DNA of 64,000 nucleotides, from NCBI GenBank assembly GCA_002269645.1, contig NIVC01000037.1, positions 372,001-436,000 on the forward strand. The letters are read 5' to 3'. The DNA comes from Macrostomum lignano (taxonomy: Eukaryota). Position 1 is the first letter of the stretch. Every line of letters starts with the position of its first letter. Below, piece after piece: positions 1-13,200 of the stretch. The position numbers and the translations under genes were made by a program. Below the pieces are notes generated by a model. That model did not search any database and was not told the DNA's origin. It saw only the letters and a program-made list of their open reading frames with translations.

Positions 1-762
1 TACGAGTATATCATAAAATATTTAGAGAATGGCAAAGAAAAAACTTTATGATGAAAATTAAAAGCTGATATAGAAATTGTTCTACAAGCCTATTTAACAT
101 TTTATAATTTCGCCTTGATTACTTAACAAACTATAGTTACGGATGCTTGTCAATAAAGCAATTAAATTGACTATTTAATGTTACCAGCTCTAAGTATGAG
201 CTACATAGCATATAGTATGCTATTTTTCATAACGAAAGAACTTTCTTCTTTATATAAGTATCGACCCAAAAACTTAAGGATGAAAAGTCAAAAGTTTCAC
301 CTCAATAATAAATATTAAATATATACTGAACTTTGAACAAAAATGAGTCTATATAATAGCTTCTGAGAGAAATAGGATACAACCCATTTCTCAAAAATGA
401 AATTAAATTCCATGAACATCTTTCACATAAATTTGTGATTTTCCAAAATTTTATTGTAAAATTTTGTGAATTTTTATATATATCTTTTATCTTTTTACTG
501 AAGAACACAATAAGGCATAGGGCCTTTATTTGCATTTATCTTTTGTAAAAACTCTTGGATGAAATGGATGCAAAAAAGATATAATCATCAAAGAATGAGA
601 AGAAATGTTTTTTTAAAAAGAGATTTTTTATATTTTTTGCTTTAAATATCTTCAGTTTACCTTTTAAGCTGTTTGTAAAATAACTTAAATTGATTATTAA
701 AATGCCTGACTAGCTATATTTGTCAGCTAGGTTCAAACTGATTCGCAGCCATTCTAATCCTC

Positions 763-2340
763 ATGTCAGTCCTTCGCCAGCGGTCTGCAAATTCTCGTCA
801 TCAGCAGCCGCAGCAGCCTCTGGTTGCTAAAAACTTCCCCCTTCGCCGTGAGCGAATTCGCTGGAACTCTGAGCAGCCGCTCACCGACAGTCAGCTGCGC
901 TCGAAGCGAGACGAATTCTGGGACACCGCGCCGGCATTCGAAGGCCGCAAGGAGATCTGGGACGCGCTGAAGGCGGCCGCCGCCGCCCTGGAGTCCGGTG
1001 ATCACGAACTGGCTCAGGCGATCGTCAGCGGCGCGGGTGTCACCCTGCCGCACGGACTCCTCACTGACTGCTATGACGAGCTGGGCAGCCGCTACCAGCT
1101 GCCGCTGTACGTGCTGGCAGCTCCTGTCAACCTCATCAGCAGCCCGGCAGCTGCGGGGGCTGCCGCTCTCGACGGATCAGCGGGTAGCCGAGCTCGTTTT
1201 GTTTCACTTTTTTACGAGTAGTAGTTCCGGGTTTCTGTTTCTAAGAAACTTGTTAATCGAATTTTTTAACTGGGTCTCCAACTCCGAAGGCGACTCCCCC
1301 AACACCGGAACCGACTTCCCCAACACCGGAACCGACTCCCCCAACACCGAAACCGACTTCCCCAATACCGGAACCGACTTCCCCAACACCAAAACCGACT
1401 CCTTCATTACCGGAACCGACTTCCCCAACACCAAAACCGACTCCTTCATTACCGGAACCAACTTCCTCAACACCGGAACCGGTCGACTCCTCCAACACCG
1501 GAACCGGTCGACTCCTCCAACACCGGAACCAACTTCCCCAACACCGGAACCGGTCGACTCCTCCAACACCGGAACCAACTTCCCCAACACCGGAACCGGT
1601 CGACTCCTCCAACACCGGAACCAACTTCCCCAACACCGGAACCGGTCGACTCCTCCAACACCGGAACCAACTTCCCCAACACCGGAACCGGTCGACTCCT
1701 CCAATACCGGAACCGACTTCCCCAACACCGGAACCGACTCCTTCAATACCGGAACCAACTTCCCCAACACCGGAACCGGTCGACTCCTCCAACACCGGAA
1801 CCAACTTCCCCAACACCAGAACCGACTCCTTCAATACCGGAACCGACTTCCCCAACACCGGAACCGACTCCTTCAATACCGGAACCAACTTCCCCAACAC
1901 CGGAACCGACTCTCCCAATACCAGAACACTTCTCCAACACTGGAATCGACTTCCTCAATGCTAAAATCTGTTTCCAATGTCGGAATTTCACCCTTCAAAA
2001 GCTTTTCGACACTCCCCACTCGCCAGACGCCAGCTGTCCGGATGCCGACGGTGACTCGGCCACATCCGACTCCGCGCCGAGGCAGCAGCAGGTGTTGCTG
2101 AACCTGCGCCTGTCCGACGGTCGCGAGCTCAGCCTGCCGGTTCAGCCAGACGATACGATTCAACGGGCCAAACGGCTGCTGGAGCGGCGCACCGGCTGCT
2201 CGGCCGACGGGCAACGCTGGTTCTGCTACGGCAACCTGCTGGCCGACCGGATTCGAGTTCGGGACTGCACAATACCCCGCGGCTTTGTGGTTCAGGTCAT
2301 TGTGAGACAGTCCAGCGCGCCGCCGCCGGTAACTGACTGA
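763..2340 (+). CDS. UBTD: Ubiquitin domain-containing protein UBTD1/UBTD2-like (DC-UbP); join(763..1183,2027..2340), 244 aa
   Basis: The translation contains the family hallmark [28 protein letters not shown]...LPHG.L..CYDELG.RYQLP. Exon 2 encodes a ubiquitin-like domain (LRLSDG...[10 protein letters not shown]...FVVQVIV). The GT at 1184 and CCAG ending 2026 are both phase 1. An acceptor-like ATTCGCAG ending at 748 opens in frame, so an upstream exon carrying the usual MG start may lie outside the model. Confidence 0.93.
1292..1925. repeat. Intronic minisatellite, ~21-bp unit CAACACCGGAACCGACTTCCC
   Basis: Direct tandem repeat filling the UBTD intron. Confidence 0.95.
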
Positions 2341-2766
2341 CCTGGGTTGCCTTCCCGATGCACCTGGGTTGCCTTCCCGATGCACCTGGGTTGCCTTCCC
2401 GATGCACCTGGGTTGCCTTCCTGGTTGATTAGATTCACCTGGGTTGCCTTCCTGGTTGATTAGATGCACCTGGGCTGCCTTCCTGGTTAATTAGATGCAT
2501 CTGGGTTGCCTTCCTGGTTGATTAGACACACCTGGGTTGCCTTACTGGTTGATTAGATGCACCTGGGTTGCCTTCCTGGTTGATTAGATGCACCTGGGCT
2601 GCCTTCCTGGTTGATTAGACACACCTGGGTTGCCTTCCTGGTTGATTAGATGCACCTGGGTTGCCTTCCTGGTTGATTAGATGCACCTGGGTTGCCTTCC
2701 TGGTTGATTAGATGCACCTGGGTTGCCTTCCTGGTTGATTAGATGCACCTGGGCTGCCTTCCTGGT
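2341..2766. repeat. Minisatellite starting at the UBTD stop codon; 22-bp units, then ~32-bp units (core CACCTGGGTTGCCTTCC)
   Basis: Visible tandem repeat immediately after the TGA at 2338-2340. Confidence 0.95.
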
Positions 2767-3129
2767 TAAATAGGTAAACCTGGTTTGTTTGTTTAGTCTA
2801 TAATATTTTGTTGCAAATCTAGTTCAAAAAAATCTACATTAAACAACCATTAAGAGTTTGTTGTTTTTTAATTTAAGTATATTTTTAACTTTAACACGCA
2901 CTTTGCATTCCAACATGCTGCATCACATAGCACAGATTTTGTAAATGATCGCTTCAAATTCACAACAGAGTGATTGTGGAGTGGCAGGTTCGATTGTCTT
3001 TCCAGATTTAAAATCACACACTTTCGCTATTCTTAACTGCTTTGTTTCTGTTGCCTTTGTTTGAAAACTTATTTTTATTAAAACTTTACCACGTTTTGAT
3101 CGATTTGTTGTTCAAAGCTCTCTCCGCTT

Positions 3130-3865
3130 TTTCTGTTTCTCCCCCCTCTGTTTCTCCCCCTCTGTTTCTCCCCCTCTGTTTCTCTCCCCTCTGTTTCTCT
3201 CCCCTCTGTTTCTCTCCCCCCTGTTTCTCCCCCCCTCTGTTTCTCTCCCCCCTGTTTCTCTCCCCTCTGTTTCTCTCCCCCCTGTTTCTCCCCCCCCTGT
3301 TTCTCCCCCTCTGTTTCTCTCCCCTCTGTTTCTCCCCCCTCTGTTTCTCCCCCTCTGTTTCTCCCCCTCTGTTTCTCTCCCCTCTGTTTCTCTCCCCTCT
3401 GTTTCTCTCCCCCCTGTTTCTCCCCCCCTCTGTTTCTCTCCCCTCTGTTTCTCCCCCCTCTGTTTCTCCCCCCTCTGTTTCTCTCCCCTCTGTTTCTCCC
3501 CCCTCTGTTTCTCTCCCCTGTGTTTCTCTCCCCTGTGTTTCTCTCCCCTCTGTTTCTCTCCCCTCTGTTTCTCCCCCCTCTGTTTCTCTCCCCTGTGTTT
3601 CTCTCCCCTGTGTTTCTCTCCCCTCTGTTTGTCTCCCCTCTGTTTCTCTCCCCTCTGTTTCTCCCCCCTGTGTTTCTCCCCCCTCTGTTTCTCCCCCTCT
3701 GTTTCTCTCCCCTCTGTTTCTCCCCCTCTGTTTCTCCCCCTCTGTTTCTCTCCCTCTGTTTCTCTCCCTCTGTTTCTCTCCCCTCTGTTTCTCCCCCTCT
3801 GTTTCTCCCTCCTCTGTTTCTCTCCCCTCTGTTTCTCCCCCTCTGTTTCTCCCCCCTCTGTTTCT
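3130..3865. repeat. Pyrimidine-rich ~15-bp minisatellite (CCCTCTGTTTCTCCC)
   Basis: Visible tandem repeat with strong C/T strand bias. Confidence 0.95.
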
Positions 3866-4395
3866 TCGCTCACTGGCGACTCGAACCCCGGACCTGTCTT
3901 TAGACTTCTTGAGCACATGGGGCATTGTTGTAAAGCATTGCATTGATTGTTTTTTTCTAGTCAGGCAGACGTGCAACTGGCGTCACATTGACTGTTTCTT
4001 ACAGAAAAATTTTTTAATTGACCTAATACTCGTTATGCTACATGAGTTGATTGCATTGCTAATCCCAGATCAGACATTCCGCAATCTGTGCTCCAGTGCC
4101 TGCAAATTTTAAATTGTTTTTCAAATGTAATGTAATACTCACAGTAGGCTAATAGTGTGTTTATTGTATTTTTTATGCAAACTTGACGGTAGCCGTCTTA
4201 ATATTTCTGTCCGATTTCATCTGTCGAAAGACGGTTTTGAACTTACGCAATAAATCATTCGCCAGAAGGCACAATTTATTAAAATTTGCAAATATTTTGC
4301 TTTAAATAATAATTGAAATTAATCATTGTCAATTGAATGTGCGAGGCTGGTGTTCTGCTTTTGACATGCTTTTGAAATTTGGGCCTCTGACATCA

Positions 4396-4763
4396 AGCTT
4401 GGCGCTCAGCTGACACCCAGCTTGGCGCTCAGCTGACACCCAGCTTGGCGCTCATCTGACACTCAGTTTGGCGCTCATCTGACACCCAGTTTGGCGCTCA
4501 TCTGACACCTTACTTGGCGCTCATCTGACACCCAGTTTGGCGCTCATCTGACACTCAGTTTGGCGCTCAGCTGACACCCAGTTTGGCGCTCATCTGACAC
4601 CCAGTTTGGCGCTCATCTGACACTCAGTTTGGCGCCCATCTAACACCCAGTTTGGCGCTCATCTGACACCCAGTTTGGCGCTCATCTGACACTCAGTTTG
4701 GCGCCCATCTAACACCCAGTTTGGCGCTCATCTGACACCCAGTTTGGCGCTCAGCTGACACCC
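4396..4763. repeat. 23-bp minisatellite CTGACACCCAGTTTGGCGCTCAT
   Basis: Visible tandem repeat. Confidence 0.95.
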
Positions 4764-5674
4764 ATTTTCAGTTCTTATGCTCAATTAGGCATTTTTCGAA
4801 TTTAATTTATTTTAAATTTTTGGAATTTTGCTATGCATATTATAATTTTATTTTCTATTTTCAAATTTTTTAAAACGATTGAATTTCTGATTGGCAGAGC
4901 CTTTGAGCCCAGGTCCCCAGGGCAGCCAGTGCAGGGTCCACTAGCGCGCAATAGTTCTGATCACTGCTGAATCTGAAGCAGAATTTCAGAATTGAAAGCG
5001 CTTTCCTGCTTCAGGAAGCCGTACCTGCTGTAATTTATGATGCTTTCTATAATTCATATAGCGATTAAGCAATAGTCGCTTCCTTAGCAACTGGCTCAGG
5101 ATTGAAAATTCCCCCAAATTGAGGCTGTATAAAAAAGTGAAACTCAACCGTGGGAGAGGAGTCAAAGAGTTGGCCCATACCTTTCTCCTTCCAAGAGAAT
5201 CCACCTTTAGCTGTTTACGGGCTGCGCAAGACAATTAAAAATCTGTACCGGTAAGATTTTCTGTACTATTTTATCCCTATCCCTAGTATCGCTTTTGACA
5301 ATCTAAATGGGAATTTGGACAATCAAAACGGGACGCCACAGACATCCAAGCCAGGCCGCAGACTCGGACTGCTTGGGAATACACAAGCATAGAATGTGGA
5401 ATGGACAATCAAAATGGCAAAATGCCATATTCTAAACGGGAATTCGCCCAATTTAATGTATTTTTTATATCACGGATTGTGTCTAAATTCTTGCAGCTCC
5501 TGCGATGGATGACTCTGTTCAATCGCATCATTCAGCCGCTGGCGATCTGCTGCAGGAATTGGTGGCGCCATTGGATGTGGTCGCTTTCAGGCCAAAGACA
5601 AGCAAGCAGGGGAGGGAGGGACAGAGAGCTATGAAATCTCAGTCTGATTCCCGTTTTGAATGTCCAAAGTTATA

Positions 5675-6190
5675 GTCTATGGCCAAGCCTCCCTCAAGCC
5701 TCCCTACCCATTATAGTTAGCCTAGGCGTGTTGAAACGGGGAGAAACGCACGGCATCCCGCCCGCTGCAATAATCTATGGCCAACTTCAATAAGTAAAAA
5801 AACTCGTATGCATTTAAGTATCTTGTTAATGTTTCTACAACTTGTATATTTTAAAAGTAAAGCTGCTTAATAATTCTTAGTATCAGTTACTATTTTTTTC
5901 ATTTCGCAAAATAAGGAGTTTTGGCCATAGACAATTTTTGGATTTCATTATTTCTTTCTTTGTCTTGTGTGCTGGTATGCTAATGTGGGGGCTCTCCCAT
6001 GCAAGGGGGCTCAGCGCCCCCTTGACCCCGCTTTCTTCTGACTTTGCCATAGACATTTTCAGCGGGCCGTGAAACCGACTGAATGCATTGGAGTAAATGG
6101 GATTTTACCATAGACAGTCTCAGCGGGCCGTGAAACGCGGTTTCACGCCTGCTAACTATAACACTAATATGGATGGGCCGAATATACCAA
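5675..6190. mobile_element. Putative non-autonomous element related to the end of the Crypton-like remnant at 47.7-48.7 kb
   Basis: There is an inverted pair GTCTATGGCCAA (5675) / TTGGCCATAGAC (5921). Direct CCATAGAC motifs at 6047 and 6108 are 61 bp apart, each followed by ...GTGAAAC, then AACACTAATATGGA at 6160. The same layout occurs at 48475/48536/48597. Confidence 0.5.
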
Positions 6191-6780
6191 TATTGGTATA
6201 TTCCCTGATTCGGCTGCATCAGATAAATAAATTATGATAAAAATTTTGTCCTGCTGGAATTAGCTACTCAAAGTAGCGCGTCTAATTTTGAAAATAACAA
6301 CAAAAAATAGAATAGATAAGAGTGCACTGAGTATTTTTTATTGGCTTGAGCTGCTTCCTACTGTCAAACTCGCCAATTGGAAAAAAATTAGTTAATTGCC
6401 GGTGGCAAGCTGACAATAGCGCTGCAGGGCCCAGCTATAATTCCTATCTGTCTGTAGCATCTGTGCCCCAAATTATTGATAAGGTCAAGGTCATCGAGTT
6501 GAGAGTTGGGCAGCGCTCACGCTTGCATGGCCCGCCTCTCTGAAGAGCCAATCGAGTTGACCATTAATTCAGATTAACAATCAGCCCTTGCTCAATCCTA
6601 TAGATGGGATAATTGCATTATGTTTATTGTGGACTAGAACTGGACAGGAAAATTAATTGCCCTGCCATTGTTGCCAGGGAAACCATTGTTTCGATGGGGA
6701 TTATAAAGAGTCAATAAAATAATGGGCATCGGCCAGTGATAATGTTTCTAGGGTGAAATAGGAGGATTGAATCTGTATTT

Positions 6781-7229
6781 AAAGATACCCAAATCTGGAC
6801 TTAAGCATACCTGCATTTGGACTTAAACTTACCTGCATATGGATTTAAAGATACCTGCATCTGGATTTAAAGATACCCAAAGCTAGATTTAAAGATACCT
6901 GCATCTGGATTTAAAGATACCTGCATCTGGATTTAAAGATACCTGCATCTGGATTTAAAGATACCTGCATCTGGATTTAAAGATACCTGCATCTGGATTT
7001 AAAGATACCCAAAGCTAGATTTAAAGATACCCAAAGCTAGATTTAAAGATACCTGCATCTGGATTAAAGATACCTGCATCTGGATTTAAAGATACCTGCA
7101 TCTGGATTTAAAGATACCTGCATCTGGATTTAAAGATACCTGCATCTGGATTTAAAGATACCTGCATCTGGATTTAAAGATACCTGCATCTGGATTTAAA
7201 GATACCTGCATCTGGATTTAAAGATACCT
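6781..7229. repeat. 22-bp minisatellite GATTTAAAGATACCTGCATCTG
   Basis: Visible tandem repeat ending just before the exon at ~7238/7286. Confidence 0.95.
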
Positions 7230-7285
7230 TAATCTAGATCAGAGACACAAGGAAGCCATCAGCAAGCCTGCAACGCACCGCAGTC

Positions 7286-10200
7286 ATGCCAAAGTTGCAC
7301 AGACTGTCGCAACTGCGCGCCGCCGAGGCCGCCGCCGCCGGTCCCCGCATCGACATCGAGGCGGAGCTGGGCCGCTGGAATCATCGATTCCGCGAAGCGG
7401 CCAGCCAGGTGGCAGCAGCCGCAGCTTCCTCCTCCGCCTCAACGTCGTCGGCGAGGCCGAACTCGCCAAGGCTGGCTGGCATCGCGGCCAGGGCAATGCT
7501 GCTGCGCCACCGGGGACCGGACGGCCTGGCCGACTTCGGCGGCGGCGGCGGCGGCGGTAGCCGCGGAGGCCGCTCGGCCAGTCTGATTGCGGCCAGGCGG
7601 AAAAACCTTCGGCCGAGGAGCCCGCCGACACAGACGTCAGCGGCCCCGGCGGAGCAGCCGACCGCTGGCCGGCTGTCGCCAGTGCCGTCGGATTTGCGAC
7701 GACAACAGCAGCGGCAGCAGCGACGAGTCTCCATAGCCTCCACAGCCTATGAAGGGCCCGAGCTGCCGATGGAGAACAGCAGTGTTAGCCACTGACAGCT
7801 TGTGAAGCCTAGATTAGCGGCCAGCGTTGACTCTGGTGTCACAGACCCTGCATGGTTTGATTCGGTGCCCGGCCACATTCATTTGGGGCTTGCGTGCACG
7901 AAAATTGGCCGGTGGAAGGGGGTTGTCATGCCATTCACTGCCATGAGGGCCAGCCCCCAAGGCACAGAAAGTGTACATCCTGTGTGAGCGTGTGTGCGAG
8001 TGCGTGCCTGCGTACGTATCCGTGTGTACGTGTCCGACATTCAGAGAGCCGAATTGCTAGTTTACAAGCTCAGCTGCCAATACCTTCATAAGTAGTTGAG
8101 GCAGAGGCACTAGTAAAGTGAGCCCCAGAAACTCAGCACAGTAAACTGACCAGCCAATTTTCCTCTTCAGCTCCAGTTTCTGCTCAGCGCTGCCAACGTC
8201 GCCACAGAAGACGCCGAAGCCGATTCAGCGGACGACACCAACTCACCGATGCCGCCGCCGCCGGGGTCGTCAACGGCGACGCCGAAGCGAAAGCCGCTGC
8301 AGGCGAAGCAGAAATCGCAAAAGCAACAGCAGCAAAAGCAACAGCAGCAAAAGCAAGAGAGACAAAAAACGGCTGGTTGCCGAGTGGTCGGGCAGCTGAA
8401 CCTGGACCAGGCTGATGAGGCAAATGAGGCGGCCAGCCTGGCAACACGGGACCGACTCGGGGGTGAGCAGTAAACTGGGGCAGGACAGCTCAGCGGTGAA
8501 CGCGTCAAAACCCTTGGTTCGATTCCGTGCGCAAACACATTCATTCATTCGGGGCTCGTGTGCACGAAAATTGGTCTAAGGAGATTGTCCTGCGATTCAC
8601 ATCCAAGAGAGCCAAACCCCATGCTTAACAATTAGAAAGTCAGGGCCCCTGTGTACACCCTGTGTGAGCATGTGCACGAGTGCATGCCTGCGTACAGTAC
8701 AGTACACCTCCGGCAGGTCCGGGCCAGTCGCGCGACCGCGGTCTCCAACAACAACTGACGGCCGTCCTCGGTGACGTCAGCCGGCAGCGGCTGCGCAGCT
8801 TCCTGGCCGCTGTCCGCGCTGCCGCCGGGCCCGAGGGCGGCCTCGCCGAGCCGGAGCTGCGCCGCCTGGTGGCCGTCGAGTTGCCGCCGATGCCGGCCGG
8901 TTGGTCGGGCCTCCTGGCTCGACTCGTCCACGTCTGCGCGGCCGACAGCGACGACACCACCGCCGCCGCCGCCGACATCGGCGGAGACTCCGACGCTGCC
9001 ACCGGCCCGGCCGTGGACTCCGAGCGGCTCGCCGTGTGGCTGACCGCCGCGCATGCCCGCACCAGACGGGACAGCGTGGTGGCAGCGGCAGAGTCCGAGA
9101 TGGCGACTCCGCCGGCCAAGAAGTCGTCTTCGTCGTTGTCTGGATCGTCGGGCTCCCGCGGCGGCGCCAACGAGGCCGAGCTGATGGCGCGCGCCGTGGA
9201 CCAGTTCGACTCGGGTCGGCCGGCTTTCTTTGATCTTGCCGCCCTGCGGGCCGACCTGAAGAGACGCGACTCGGCTAAGCGGGGCAAATTGCCGAAGTCT
9301 GAGGTTGGTGGCCCGGTGGCGTCTCCCATGGGGCTCTCCAGTGGGATTTTTATGGGCTTTCCGGTAGGGTTTCTGGTGGGTTTTTGGATGGGATTCTTGG
9401 TTGGGATCACTATGGGATCTAGATGGGATTTGGATGGTATTTAGATGGGATTTGGATAGGGTCTGGATGGGATCTAGATGGGATTCGAATGAGATTTGGA
9501 TGGAATTTGGATGGGATCTAGATGGGATCTGGGTGGGAGCTTAATGGGATTTAGGTGGGATTTGGATGGGATTTGGATGGTAGTTCGAATCTTTGTTCGG
9601 ATATTAGTTTGAATTTCCTGCCCTTTTTTGCATTTTGATTTTCTAATTGGGATTCACAAGGTTACCGTTCAGGTTTCAACTGGCTGCAACAGGCAAGGGA
9701 AGGCATCTGGTTGACTTCAGTTAGGCTCGTAAGAAATGGAAGCGGATTAACTCGAATAAAATAACTCAACCTCCTCAGATTCTTCAAGCCGTCAGCCATC
9801 ACGACTGCCCAGTTTATGGGGCGCTGCTCAACTGTCTACTCAAACTGTGCGACGCCGAGACCACGGAGATAATCCGGTGAGCAGGGCTGACTGACCCGTA
9901 GCATTTTTTAATAACCGAAAAATTGATTCATACATGATGAAGGACCTGGGGTACGTGAGCAACATAATAAAGCTGGTTTTGCATACAGAAGAAGAAAATA
10001 ATTTTAAACTGCCCAGATTTGAGGACCAAATTTACCGGATGATCAGGTGAGAGCGACGGTTTTCTGCGAACTTCTTTTCCACTATAATTACACCTGCTGC
10101 CAATATGCTATTCCTGTGTGCTACGGGTACGGTTGAAGAAGAGGGACCCTTACACTCTGACCCACTTTTGTCTGACCCAACCCACCTCTGACTCACTTGT

Positions 10201-13200
10201 CTGACCTGCCCCACCTCTGACCCACTTTTGTCTGACCCAACCCAACTCTGACTCACTTTCGTCTGACCTGCCCCACCTCTGACCCACTTTTGCCTGACCC
10301 AACCCACCTCTGACCCACTTTTGTCTGACCCAATCCACCTCTGACCCACTTTTGTCTGACCCAACCCAACTCTGACTCACTTTCGCCTGACCTGCCCCAC
10401 CTCTGACCCACTTTTGTCTGACCCAACCCAACTCTGACTCACTTTCGTCTGACCTGCCCCACCTCTGACCCACTTTTGCCTGACCCAACTGTTATGTTTT
10501 GGATATGAATGTTATATTACGGCATAGCCGTCTGTGCTGCGCTTAGTTCGTATCTGCAGCTCTCGTATATTTAGCTTATAAAGACAAAGCTAAGGTCATA
10601 GACAACTTAATTCGGTCTGTCTGCGACATCCCTTTTTTCCAAAAAGAAGTGTCATACGCATTAATGGATGAATGAATGAAAATGGCATTGTCAGTTAGTT
10701 CAGTTTGAGTGCATATAATTATGTAGCCTTGTAAAATTGAGTTGGCTTCACTTCACGTCCATATCGTGTAATGTATTTTGTTCCACCAGATTTTCCAGAA
10801 TCCAGCTGTGAATTGTGTACTGTATCGGATGCATGAGCGTCTGAGCTGTAAGTCTGAATCGTTCCATTGTTAGAATCATGATTAGGTAGTTGAATCCTTG
10901 AATACTCTGGTATGGTCTGCATTCTGCAGTCTGTATTGCGCTTTGCCAGAAATCTGCGATTTCGTCTGAATTCACGACCTGTAGCAGTTCGAACTTTGTA
11001 TGACCTGTCTGGGTCAGTGACATCGGGTTTCACGATTTCTGCAGGAATCCATTGTCTTCGATCTTCTTGCATCCACACCTGATCTCCTTCTTTAAACGGT
11101 CGCAGGTCTCTTGCAGTGCGATTGTAGTAGAATGCCTGTTTACTGTTCTCTGCTAAAATCTCAAGTTCACGTTTTGTCCAGACTTGTCTTGGTTTCAGCT
11201 GTTCAATGGGCAGTGGCATTTGATATCTGAGCTTTCGTCCCATCACTAGCTCAGCCGGTGTCGGTAGCCCTCTTTCAATTGGCGTATTCCGATAGTGTAG
11301 TAATGCACAATTTATATCTTCTGCTTTGTTTAGAAATCCTTTAACTGTCTGAACAGCTCTTTCTGATAGGCCATTTGATTGAGGATATTTTGGCGACGAT
11401 GTCCTAATTCGTATACCTTTCTGGTCAGCAAACTCTTTAAACCTGTTGGATCCAAATGGAGGTCCGTTGTCACATCTTATCACTTCTGGAGTACCATAGG
11501 TAGCAAAATATTGTGACAGCTGTTTTATGACGCACTCTGCTGATGTAGTCGTGATTTTATCAGTGCAGATCCATCGACCTAACCTGTCAACCAGGACAAT
11601 GTGTGTTTCTCCTTTCCAATAGAAAATGTCAGTTCCACACTCTTGAAATGGATACTCAGGTATTTCAACCATTTTCATGGATTCTTTTTGATGAAGAGCT
11701 TGGTAACTTTGGCATTTTTCGCATGAAGAAATGTATTGCTCAATGTCATGGCGCATTCGAGGCCAAAATACAGATTCAGTAGCCTTCATCAACGTCTTTT
11801 CCACGCCTTGATGACTTTCATGGAGGATTTGAAGCATTTGTCTTCGCATTGCATCAGGAATGAATATTTTGCTGCTCTTGTATATGAGTCTGTCATTCTC
11901 CATCAGTTCATGCCGAATATTCCAGAATGGCTTCAGCTCTTTAGCTATTTGGGATTTGGCATCTGGCCAACCCTCTCGAATCTGGTCCTTTAGCTTATGA
12001 CATAAATCGTCAGCATTTGTGTGATGCTGGATGTCCTTTAGCAAGTTGTCTGGTAGGCATACACGAGCTACTCCAAGTATTTGGCACTGAATATCATCAT
12101 CAATATCATTGGATGAATGTACGGATTTCAGATAAGCGCGGCTTAGTGTATCCGCAAGGTATAGTTCTTTTCCGGGTACATACGTCACATTGAGATCGAA
12201 TTCTTGAATTTTCAAAGCTAGTCGCTGCAGTCGAGCTGATAGTTCACTCAGTGGCTTTTTCATAATGAATTGCAGGGGCTTGTGATCTGATTCAACCTGT
12301 ACGTGCCGACCCCATAAGTATTGTCGAAATCTGCGACATCCAAAGACTATTGCCAAGAATTCTTTTTCGATTTGAGCATATTTCTTTTGAGCAGGAGTCA
12401 TCGATGACGATGCGTATTCAATGACGTGTCCGTCTTGCATCAATGCGGCTCCGAGTCCATCTTTACTGGCATCTACACTTAGAATGACACTCTGATCTGG
12501 GTTAAATTGTCCCAATAGTGGAGCTTTGCACAGTGATTCCTTAATTGCTTCATATGCTTCTTCCTGCCGTTTTCCCCAGTTCCACGCTACATCTTTTTTC
12601 AGTAACTGTCGCAAAGGTGAAGCAAGCGCTGAGAAATTTGGTATGAACTTCGACAAGAAGTTTGCGCTGCCGATGAATCTTTGTAGCTGCGCGGCTTTTT
12701 CAGATATCTGGGAGTAACTGTGCGGATGCGGCATGTCTTTGATGCTTCGTATCTTTTCCGGATCGATCTTGACTCCTTCGCTGGTTAGAATATGTCCTAG
12801 GAATTTCAACTCTCGCTGTCCGATTTTAGCTTTGGTCTTGTTTAGCTTTAAATTCTTATCCTTGCGCTGCTGTAGCAGTTGCCTCACCGAGTCATCATGC
12901 TCTTTTCTTGTTCTGCCCCACACGATTATATCGTCAATATAGTTTGCGGAGTTTGCAACATGACTCGTGATCTCTTCTCTGATTTTTCTCTGATACGCCT
13001 GTGGAGCATCCTTCAATCCGAATGGCAGTCTGTTCCACCTGTAGACTCCGAAAGGTGTATGAAAGGCGGTTAGAAGAGAGCTTTCATGATCTAAAGCTAC
13101 TTGATGAAATCCTGCTGTAGCATCAAAAGTTGAAAAAAACTTTGCGCTAGTCATCTTGCTAATAATTTCATTATATGATGGAATTGGGTACCGGTCTCGA

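Noticed and set aside
998-2101. 367-aa ORF
   Set aside because: Off-frame read-through of the UBTD exons and the intronic array.
3870-3905. tRNA T-arm-like GGTTCGAGTC on the minus strand
   Set aside because: No acceptor stem, D arm or A box could be built; not a supportable tRNA.
3042-4112. Pro/Leu/Ser-rich or Gly/Glu/Arg-rich ORFs
   Set aside because: Translations of a CT-rich minisatellite.
5495-5630. Possible upstream EML coding exon (MDDSVQSHHSAAGDLLQELVAPLDVVAFRPK)
   Set aside because: It has a plausible acceptor but no clear GT donor or phase link to 7238/7286, so it was left out of the model.
9930-10020. Possible C/D snoRNA (ATGATGA box) in an intron
   Set aside because: No properly placed CTGA D box or terminal stem was found.
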